64,000 bases of DNA, taken from Fimbriimonadales bacterium. GTDB taxonomy: Bacteria; Armatimonadota; Fimbriimonadia; Fimbriimonadales; ATM1. The translations under genes and the position numbers were made by a program. Position 1 is the first letter of the stretch, and the number at the start of each line of letters is the position of its first letter. The stretch spans positions 1 to 64,000 of the forward strand of contig JBGTLG010000030.1 in the NCBI GenBank assembly GCA_041744215.1. Reading direction: 5' to 3'. Positions 1 through 7,510 of the stretch are shown here, piece by piece. A model generated the notes under the pieces. It saw only the letters and a list, made by a program, of their open reading frames with translations, ran no database searches and was not told the DNA's origin.

Positions 1-799
1 AAACGTCGGTGCTCGTGCCACCCATGTCGAACCCGACCAGCCGCGCGCGACCCAGCGAGCGCCCTAGCCGCTCCACCGCAACAACCCCGGCGGCAGGGCC
101 GCTGACGGCGGTCACAAGCGGCATCGCCTCGGCCTCTTCGAAAGAGACTAGCCCGCCTGCGGAAGCCATCACGCGCCCCGAAGCGAACGGCACCGACCGC
201 CGCAACTCCCCCAGATAGCGCGACATCAGCGGCGAAAGACCGGCGTTAAACAGCGTTGCGCAGGCTCGCTCATACTCGCGAAACTCCGGCGAAACCTCGT
301 GCGAAAGCGAAACCCGCGCGTGCCCCAGCGCCTCGCGCACCGCGATCTCGTGCGCCGGGTTTGCATACGCGAACAGAAGGCAGACCGCGGCCGCCTCGTA
401 ACCAGACACGTCTGGCAATCCAGCGAGGTCGAGCGGCTCCGTCTCGACGCCGCTGGGATTGAGCCGCCCGCCGACAGAAAAGCAATCGTCCCGCAAGACC
501 GGCGGCGCGGGCAGGATGGGCTCGAGGTCATAAAGCGCGGGGCGCGTCTGCCGCGCGAGGAACGGCAGGTCGCGGAAGGTGGAAAGGAACGCGGTCCGCG
601 CCAGCTTCCCTTCGAGGATCGCGTTGGTGCCGACGGTGGTGCCGTGGCAGAGGCTGAAGCTGTCGATCCCGGCGCATCCCTGTGCGATGGCGCGCTCCGG
701 CGCGTCGGGCGTGCTAGGGAGTTTGAATGCAGAGAGGGCGCGTCCGTCGTCGAGCACGAAGTCGGTGAACGTGCCGCCCGTATCCACACCGATCCGCAT
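1..799 (-). CDS. Hydantoinase/oxoprolinase family protein (subunit A), runs off the window edge
   Basis: Translated by hand (not in the ORF track): ATG at 799, MRIGVDTGGTFTDF...HGTTVGTNAILE...PEFREYER...SGPAAG...FDMGGTSTDV. Confidence 0.9.
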   Translation of the reverse strand, partial: MRIGVDTGGTFTDFVLDDGRALSAFKLPSTPDAPERAIAQGCAGIDSFSLCHGTTVGTNAILEGKLARTAFLSTFRDLPFLARQTRPALYDLEPILPAPPVLRDDCFSVGGRLNPSGVETEPLDLAGLPDVSGYEAAAVCLLFAYANPAHEIAVREALGHARVSLSHEVSPEFREYERACATLFNAGLSPLMSRYLGELRRSVPFASGRVMASAGGLVSFEEAEAMPLVTAVSGPAAGVVAVERLGRSLGRARLVGFDMGGTSTDV

Positions 800-924
800 T
801 GCTTGGGGAGTTTAGCAGTTGGAAATGGCGGGGGCCATGTTGCTGCGCGTATGAGCCTCCACGGCAAGCGGCGGAAGCATAGCGGAGAGCTTCTGGAAGA
901 CAGTAAAATGGGTGCTACAGCGCG

Positions 925-1191
925 ATGGACCAGCAGAGGAGATACACGGTCATTGACGGCGAGTTCGCCGGCATTGTCGACGTCGAAGGGAAAGGCCCGC
1001 GCGGGATACTGTGGCCGCCTGGGAATGTCCGGCGCTTTACGATAGGGTTCGATTTTGTAGACAATCTCGTTATGGAGAAGCTAAGGTTCGTCTCGGCGGG
1101 CACAAGCATTCGCGCGAAAATGCAAGTCTTGCCTGAAGGCGCAAAGAGTGCGGCCATGCGCATCATCTCATTCGAAGTGCTGCCCATTTAA
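925..1191 (+). CDS. Hypothetical protein (88 aa)
   Basis: Protein-like composition, followed by a hairpin at 1192-1215. Confidence 0.5.
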   Translation: MDQQRRYTVIDGEFAGIVDVEGKGPRGILWPPGNVRRFTIGFDFVDNLVMEKLRFVSAGTSIRAKMQVLPEGAKSAAMRIISFEVLPI

Positions 1192-1334
1192 GCAATAGCG
1201 TGTTTACGCTGTTGTATGCCTCCACCGCTTGCGGTGGCGGCTACGGAGATGCGCCACGGTGACATGCCCTCTCGACGGCAGGCAGTGGAGAGCGAGAAAA
1301 CACCTCGGAAGTATGTGTTCTCGTTTACAACAAT

Positions 1335-2105
1335 CTAGCTCAATCCTCCAAAACTGCGAGGCAACCGGAGCGCCACTACTGCTGCTTCAGCCAGAGGAGA
1401 GAAATCACGAACCGTACCATCCTCGCTATACGTAAGCCGGCCCCTCGACTTGACGTTATCCGCCCGATAGAACGAGCCAAAAGATGAATCGATGACATTG
1501 CCTGTTGAGATTTCGACTAGCACACCATCTGTGTAGATATCTGCAATCATCTCCGCTTGGGCTTCTCGATTGAACTCAGTCCAGGAAGTCTTACCGCGAC
1601 GAAGCTCCCGCTTCCAATTGTAAGCGTCAGGTACCGTCAACTGGGCCCAAACTGCCTCAGTCATGTAATCAGCTCCAACGCGTTCGAACTGCCAAACATG
1701 CACTGCTTCATGAACCAGGGCGTGCGGATCTTGATCGAAGTCAATTCCGCGAACGTAGATCACGTATCCGATGACAAATGCTTGCTTGTGTGGATCAGAA
1801 CTGGACATCTTAAGCAGGCGCTTTAGCATCCGCTTAGCTTCCCGGGACAACTGTGGAATTGCGTCGATACAGGAGAATCCCGGGTGAATGCGAATCTTTG
1901 ATATCTCAAGCGCATCATCAAACACCAGCTTCAGAATGTTCTTCTCGCTCTGCTTAAGCTCGCGCCGATTGCCTGAGTGAAACAATCTGCACAGCCAATC
2001 GACACCTTTTATAAAGTAGTATACTCCTCCGCTGAAGAGGCTTTTGAAAACCTTTTTTGTGGCCTTCCATGCCCGTTTGAGGGCTCGACCAATTCTTCTC
2101 ATCAT
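1335..2105 (-). CDS. DUF4157-like (eCIS-core-like) HEXXH zincin-fold protein
   Basis: AFVIGYVIY...ALVHEAVHVWQ...FNREAQAE; SD AGGAG before ATG. Confidence 0.65.
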   Translation of the reverse strand: MMRRIGRALKRAWKATKKVFKSLFSGGVYYFIKGVDWLCRLFHSGNRRELKQSEKNILKLVFDDALEISKIRIHPGFSCIDAIPQLSREAKRMLKRLLKMSSSDPHKQAFVIGYVIYVRGIDFDQDPHALVHEAVHVWQFERVGADYMTEAVWAQLTVPDAYNWKRELRRGKTSWTEFNREAQAEMIADIYTDGVLVEISTGNVIDSSFGSFYRADNVKSRGRLTYSEDGTVRDFSPLAEAAVVALRLPRSFGGLS

Positions 2106-2145
2106 ATGCTCCTGTCGTAACTGTCCTCACAAAGATTCTCCATTC

Positions 2146-2167
2146 GCCGGGGCCTTGGGGCCCCGGC
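2146..2167. terminator. GC-rich hairpin downstream of the 2181-2867 gene
   Basis: GCCGGGGCC-TTGG-GGCCCCGGC perfect 9-bp stem. Confidence 0.55.
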
Positions 2168-2180
2168 TTGTTCGTTTCGT

Positions 2181-2867
2181 TTACGGCATCGTCACAATCG
2201 AAACAGTCGGCGAAACGTCGCCGATCCTGTTATTGTCCGAATCCATTCCTTGAACGCGATACTCGCGCATTTCGCAACCGTCCGGAGCGGTCGGCTCCGT
2301 CGTATCGACAAACGTCGTCCCCACAGAAACGCCGATCTGAGTCCAAGCGCCTCCGTGTCTGCGCATGTCTACTGCAACGGCGATGTGGCCGTTCTTCTTG
2401 ATTTTTAGCGCAACATCTGCATCGATCAGCGCAGTTGCCTTCACGACGCTCGGAGTTCCCGCAGCGCCTTCTTCCGTTGCGATGATTCCATACAGATCGC
2501 CGATTGCCGGAGTGTACGTCGCCGACGCCTTGATGCGATTCGCATACTCGCGAGTGCGAGCCTCGATTGCGGTCATCGCGCCGAGTCCGAGCGCAATCGG
2601 GACGGGCGGCGTTGGCGCGGGCGGCAGAGGTGTTCCCTCCGGACTGTTGATGAGCAAGCGGCGATGCTCCGTGACCGCTTGCGTGAAAGCATCGACGGTT
2701 TCGTTGTAGTTGAGCAACAGTTCAACAACGGCTGCGTCCGCCGCAATCTGAGTCACTTCGCCAGCAGTCAAACCGTTAGCAACGCCAGTCGCGGTTGCCT
2801 GAGTCGAAAAGTTAGCATGCCATTCGGCAAGCTCCGCGATCCTGCGCGGATACCAATCTACGGCCAT
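2181..2867 (-). CDS. Conserved hypothetical protein, helical N-terminus plus FN3-like C-terminal beta domain
   Basis: Start MAVDWYPRR with SD GGAGG; C-terminal ...WTQIG...FVDT...REYRVQG...IGDVSPTVSIV pattern. Confidence 0.75.
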   Translation of the reverse strand: MAVDWYPRRIAELAEWHANFSTQATATGVANGLTAGEVTQIAADAAVVELLLNYNETVDAFTQAVTEHRRLLINSPEGTPLPPAPTPPVPIALGLGAMTAIEARTREYANRIKASATYTPAIGDLYGIIATEEGAAGTPSVVKATALIDADVALKIKKNGHIAVAVDMRRHGGAWTQIGVSVGTTFVDTTEPTAPDGCEMREYRVQGMDSDNNRIGDVSPTVSIVTMP

Positions 2868-3012
2868 GATATTCCCTCCAATGTGGTGTCGGGATGTTCT
2901 CATCCCGTGGTGGATAGTGTGACACCTCACGACTCATAGCGCAAGGCTGCGGGTGGCTTGAGCCAGGGCAAAAACTGGCCGAGCGGAGGCGCAAACAGCC
3001 GCGCCGTTTATT

Positions 3013-3144
3013 GCCGGCAACGGATGAGATATTGCCGCCCGGAATGGGGCGTCGCCCGCACCAAGTGATTTTGCGCCGGCAACGGATGAGATATTGCCGC
3101 CCCGAATGGGGCGTCGCCCGCACAAAATGATTTTGCGCCAGCAA
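3013..3144. repeat. 62-bp tandem direct repeat, about 2.1 copies
   Basis: GCCGGCAACGGATGAGATATTGCCGCCC...GGGGCGTCGCCCGCAC...TGATTTTGC units start at 3013, 3075 and 3137 (partial). Confidence 0.9.
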
Positions 3145-3348
3145 TTTTTCATTTTTTGCCGCCCTCCGGAGGCCGAATTGAACTTGGGGAGGGTTTTTCG
3201 GGGGCGCTGGCGAAGCAAAGGAGCGGAAAGGGTTTTCTATGGCCCTTTCTCCGACTGCCCCGGCAGCGAGGATTGCTCGCCGGGGCCCCTTTTGGCGGCG
3301 CCGGTCTTGACGGGCCAGGAGCCTCTAGCGGCGCAATGTAAGAATCAC

Positions 3349-3377
3349 TTGACAGAGACTGAACGATTTGCTAGAAT
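3349..3377 (+). promoter_or_regulatory. Near-consensus sigma70 promoter
   Basis: TTGACA (3349-3354), 17-nt spacer, TAGAAT (3372-3377). Confidence 0.75.
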
Positions 3378-3454
3378 GGCTATAGAATCGAGCCTAGCTT
3401 GGAGGTTTGACTTTTCCAGCAAGCGTCGATTAGTAAGAAATGAGGAGAGAAGAT

Positions 3455-4165
3455 ATGGACTTCGTGAAAGCCCTTTGGGGAGCCGAGTATCCGATCTTTC
3501 CCATATTGCTTGTATTCTCAGTTACTGAACTGCCCTTGTTTCTGCGGAAACTGTGGATTTCGTATTACGTGCCGATGTACTTTGCGCTAGTGCCCCTCAA
3601 TCGCATAAACACAGCTGTGGGGGAGTATTTTGGCCGGGGCGCATACTACGATGAGTTACACCCCGAGAATAGTATCCGTAAGGCCAGAATCGGGGCGTTG
3701 ACTGGCCTCTTCGTGATGGCGTGCCTTTCTCCTGTAGTCGCGGGAGCCTTTGCCGGCTTGCTGTATCCGCGAAAGGTGATATGGGGCGTTGTCATTGTCT
3801 TCATTTTTATCAAAGCGGATCGAGCGTTTCGTGCATATTCCGATTTTCGCGAAGAATGGTATGTGGCGACAAAGCAGGGAAAAAGAATTTGGATATTCAT
3901 ATATGTGCTATATGGCGTCACATTCGTCTTTGCAATTACCGCAGGATATGACTGGTCATCGCAGATAGCAGCAGAGGGAGACTACACGCGCATATTCCCT
4001 AGCCTTCGGTCATTGTTCTTCGCGTTGATTGCCGTCGTGATTCCGACTCTAATCAGCATTTTCTTGGTGCCGGAGCTAATGAAGGGGGGCGACCGGGAAG
4101 GGAGTATGAGGGCGCTGAAAGACGATCTTGAGCCTTCAACTAATGGTGCAGGAAATGACGTTTGA
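3455..4165 (+). CDS. Multi-pass membrane protein of unknown function
   Basis: SD GAGGAG then ATG; about 5-6 hydrophobic segments. Confidence 0.75.
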   Translation: MDFVKALWGAEYPIFPILLVFSVTELPLFLRKLWISYYVPMYFALVPLNRINTAVGEYFGRGAYYDELHPENSIRKARIGALTGLFVMACLSPVVAGAFAGLLYPRKVIWGVVIVFIFIKADRAFRAYSDFREEWYVATKQGKRIWIFIYVLYGVTFVFAITAGYDWSSQIAAEGDYTRIFPSLRSLFFALIAVVIPTLISIFLVPELMKGGDREGSMRALKDDLEPSTNGAGNDV

Positions 4166-4610
4166 TTATTATTCCCTTCATCTGAGATACCACCTCTACC
4201 TGGAGCAAGTCCCGCGTAACGCCCCGCTACGTCGTGAGAGCGCCGCCATACTTGCGATTGAGAACGCACTGCGACCTTATGGAGCGCGCCTCAGAGAGTA
4301 TCTGTGGGTCCTGCTCTGGCGACGCCTACGGCCCTCAATGATTGAACATGTGTCTGTTGGTCGGCCTCAGATAACAATTCGCAACTTAAGGCTCATTGAC
4401 ACCAAACTAATGTCCGCCCCCGCTATCCAGTTTATAAACGAGCTTGAGAGTGTGAGAACTGCTTCGGCTCTTGTCTCTTCGTATCTCCGTTTTAAGTGTC
4501 CCGAAGCGACACACTCAGCGAAAGCCCTCTGTATTTGCTATACTGGGAGGAGGTGGGTGGAGTACGAGCGGATGCTCAAACTTTTGCTAACAGATGGATC
4601 CTCATACTAA
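4155..4610 (+). CDS. Hypothetical protein (uncertain)
   Basis: Fills the gap and overlaps both neighbours (11 and 17 nt); no recognisable motif. Confidence 0.35.
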   Translation: MTFDYYSLHLRYHLYLEQVPRNAPLRRESAAILAIENALRPYGARLREYLWVLLWRRLRPSMIEHVSVGRPQITIRNLRLIDTKLMSAPAIQFINELESVRTASALVSSYLRFKCPEATHSAKALCICYTGRRWVEYERMLKLLLTDGSSY

Positions 4611-5268
4611 TTCCAATCAGGCGCAAGTAGGTATCCCCTTTGCGCACGTTGTGGCCGGAACTCACGTCCGAGAAAACGAAAGAGAACCGACAGCTACTCC
4701 CTATATGCTGTATGGTGAGTGTCTATCGCTTTCCGGATACTTCTTGCAGCTCGGCTGCCTTCTAGCAGATCGCCACCGAGCTCATCCCCAGGAGTTTCTC
4801 ACTGCGTTCTTAGGCACTGATCTTATGGCGAATGAAGTCCAAGAGTTTATAGATACAGCATATTCGAGAGTCCTCGCGCCGATGATAAAGCCGCACTCTG
4901 CATTTATGGACGTGATTGTTCTTGACCAAATGGATCGATTGGGGTACGAGGGGGAACCGCTGGGGCTGTTTGAGGTGCACGGCATGGAGAAAGTGAAGTC
5001 GGAGGCCGCCGTCCAGATGTTCTTGGAGTATGCACAGCGTGGCGCAGTGATAGGTCTTGCAGATGAAGACGCGAGTCGGTCATTGTTTCGGCAACAGCAT
5101 GCCCCAGTGGAACCGGAAGTCTGGGAGAAAGCCCGAAGCGAAGGGCTAGAACTTCCGAAGGAATATGTTCCGGCGCGATATGATGAGGTTCAACAGCAGG
5201 AAGACTCTTTGTTTATGGACCATCTTCGTGTCGCATATCCCTCCCTTCGCGAAACGTTAGAAAAGTGA
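4594..5268 (+). CDS. Hypothetical protein (224 aa, start uncertain)
   Basis: Long ORF with globular composition. Confidence 0.65.
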   Translation: MDPHTNSNQAQVGIPFAHVVAGTHVRENEREPTATPYMLYGECLSLSGYFLQLGCLLADRHRAHPQEFLTAFLGTDLMANEVQEFIDTAYSRVLAPMIKPHSAFMDVIVLDQMDRLGYEGEPLGLFEVHGMEKVKSEAAVQMFLEYAQRGAVIGLADEDASRSLFRQQHAPVEPEVWEKARSEGLELPKEYVPARYDEVQQQEDSLFMDHLRVAYPSLRETLEK

Positions 5269-5324
5269 GTATCGAATCGCACTCTTAGGCCGTCCGGTCC
5301 GCCAGGTGTCTTGTCCTAGCCCCT

Positions 5325-6158
5325 ATGGGAAGCAAACGTCGAAGGGTTAAGCTACAGATTACAGAATCTCTCCAAGAAGAGGCAGCGGGAATCTACTTCG
5401 GGAGTGACAGCCGCGTGTCGGGAGGAATCACGGCAGACTGCGGACTCTGCGGACGCCGTAGCAAACTCATCCTGGGTCATGTTGTTCCAAAGTGGACCCA
5501 CAAGTGGATGAAGGCGGAAGGCGGGGTTCTGGGGCACTATCGATCGCTTGGCATCCGGACCCGGGAGCAGGATGGCTCGAAACACTATATGCTTTGTGGA
5601 CATTGCGAGCAAAAGCTTGGAGTCGCGGAGGCGTATGTTGCCCGATTGACTGAGTGGGTTGATGAGGAAATGGAACGGAATCCCTATTATGAAGAGGGAA
5701 CCTTCCTTCTTTCGCCGCTCGATCTTGGCAAAGTCGAACAGTACCTGTGCGCGATCGCATTGAGAGCGCACATAGCACCTTCTCCTCCATTTCATCAGAT
5801 ATCATTCTCGGAGCGAGAGCGTCTTGTCATCCTTGATGTACTGAACGGCAAAGCCGGGTGGCCGCGGGTCCGCGTACATGCAATCCGGTTCTTCGAGCAT
5901 ATATTCCCCGGGATCAATCCTAAAGGCATGCTTTTTATGCAGCAACTTCCTGATCAGTACGTGCCCGGGTTTTGCATTATGCTAGCGGGGTGGGAGTGGA
6001 GCGTGCTGTTTGATCTAGATGGATCATACGAGAAGCTGCAATTTCCGACGAGCGACTTGCGACCAGGAGAGGAAGCGGAAATTGCATGCGGTGACATAAC
6101 TTTGCATAGAAACGTCTCTCCATGGCTATATGAGAAAAAGTCCGAGCCGACAGAGTGA
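5325..6158 (+). CDS. HNH-like zinc-binding putative endonuclease
   Basis: CGLC...GHVVPKW...MLCGHCEQKL pattern typical of HNH nucleases with two CxxC pairs. Confidence 0.65.
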   Translation: MGSKRRRVKLQITESLQEEAAGIYFGSDSRVSGGITADCGLCGRRSKLILGHVVPKWTHKWMKAEGGVLGHYRSLGIRTREQDGSKHYMLCGHCEQKLGVAEAYVARLTEWVDEEMERNPYYEEGTFLLSPLDLGKVEQYLCAIALRAHIAPSPPFHQISFSERERLVILDVLNGKAGWPRVRVHAIRFFEHIFPGINPKGMLFMQQLPDQYVPGFCIMLAGWEWSVLFDLDGSYEKLQFPTSDLRPGEEAEIACGDITLHRNVSPWLYEKKSEPTE

Positions 6159-6211
6159 GCGACGAGTTCTAGTTCCCGGTTTGGTCGGGCGGTTTCAGCT
6201 TGAGTCCCTAG

Positions 6212-7447
6212 AGCGATCCTGCGGCTGCGACACCGGCCAGCCTCGCTTCTGGTGTCGCATTCTTCGATCCGGGGGTAACAGCCGACGCGTTCCTGTCGGC
6301 GCTTCCCTACGACACAACCGTCGAAGGGCTGGCAACTTTGCAGTTGCTGGCAGACAATGGCAGCGGCATTCCAACGAGGTTCAGCGATGAGGCTGCCAAC
6401 CCGATCATTCCTATTCGGATCAATTCGAACATCGTTGTGGTCGACGGTGCCGATCCGACTGTCTCTCTCATTAGCGCAACTCAGGGCGCTAACAGCATCC
6501 TCGTAAATCCGGCGACGCTCGGAAACGCTGTCATCGAAGTTGATGCAGCGGACCTCGGCGCATTTCCGTCGGGTCTGAATGCGCGGCCGAAGATCATTCT
6601 GAACTTCGCGCCAACGGCGAACAATGGCACTGGTCCGGAGGACGTCGAGCTTGACGTCTACTCGTGGACTGCTAACCGGTTCCGGGGTGAGCACATATTC
6701 ACGAGCACGACGCCGTGCGGCAATGCCGAGATCATTGTCATGGCAGAAGACGCGGCGGGCAACACAACGACAACGGTGACGCCTTTCAACGTCAACATCG
6801 CAACGGTGACCGTTACGGTGCAGTTGCAGGGCGTCTCGACGAACGTGAACCGTTGGGTGCGCTTCGTTGTTGGCGGAGGTGGCGGATCGAATCCTCCTAT
6901 CACCGTCGATCGGGTCGTCTCGTTCGTCGCAGGTTCTGCAGTCGTGGTGCTTGATGCACTTGACGGAGTCCCTTGCGATCCGAATCTCACGCTGATTAGC
7001 GCGAAGGATCCGCTTCACACTGCGAGGAGAACGGTCGCGCTCGCGCCGCCGGTGAACAACCAGTACACGGGTCCGTTGATGCTACTCATCGGAGGTGATG
7101 CCAACAACGATAACTTGGTCGACATCCTCGACTTCGGACTGTTGGTTGCCAACTACGGCTCGACACCTGGCGCAAACACGACGATCGGTCAACTCGGCCC
7201 GCATCTGGACTTCAGTGGAGACGGAGTTGTTGGCACCGCCGACTACACGTATATCCAGACGAACTTCCTGTCTGTGGGCGATGCTGAGCCCGGGAACTAC
7301 GCATCTGCGCCCGGCCAGCCGAAGAAGGCCGCAACTGTAAAGGAAATGCTCGAAGCGGGCGTGAAGCACGCTGAGAAGTACGACCTGAACGGTGACGGCT
7401 GGATCACGTACGACGAGCTAACAAGGATCCTCTTCAGAGGCCGTTAG
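6212..7447 (+). pseudogene. 5'-truncated cohesin/Ig-like/dockerin protein, paralog of 7511-10300
   Basis: Frame is open from 6212 (after TAG at 6209-6211). LASGVAFFDPGVTADAFL...GIPTRFSD aligns to IASGTDFFGPGVTDDANL...GIPTRFTD of the downstream gene. No signal peptide or credible start. Dockerin GDANNDNLVDILDF / DFSGDGVVGTADY. Confidence 0.75.
6213..6237 (+). repeat. 25-bp exact direct repeat, copy 1 (copy 2 at 10694-10718)
   Basis: GCGATCCTGCGGCTGCGACACCGGC at both positions. Confidence 0.9.
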
Positions 7448-7454
7448 CATAAGA

Positions 7455-7486
7455 CCATACGGGCGGCGATGTCGCCGCCCGTATGG
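7455..7486. terminator. Intergenic perfect stem-loop (terminator or RNA stability element)
   Basis: CCATACGGGCGGCGA-TG-TCGCCGCCCGTATGG, 15-bp arms, no U-tract. Confidence 0.6.
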
Positions 7487-7510
7487 GGCACCTACTGAGT
7501 GGGAAATGGA

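Noticed and set aside
226-1045. Track ORFs 226-867 (-) and 299-1045 (+)
   Set aside because: Off-frame or antisense shadows of the hydantoinase gene, which starts at 799 in another frame.
3013-3144. CRISPR array
   Set aside because: Units are contiguous near-identical 62-mers with no unique spacers, and there are no cas genes.
3325-3356. IS terminal inverted repeat supplying the -35 box
   Set aside because: No matching second end or transposase was found in the window.
5269-6212. attC sites flanking the HNH-like gene
   Set aside because: The gaps at 5269-5324 and 6159-6212 lack convincing RYYYAAC/GTTRRRY ends and pairing, and no integrase is present.
5954-7018. 354-aa minus-strand ORF
   Set aside because: Antisense shadow of the dockerin paralog, with Arg-rich non-protein-like composition.
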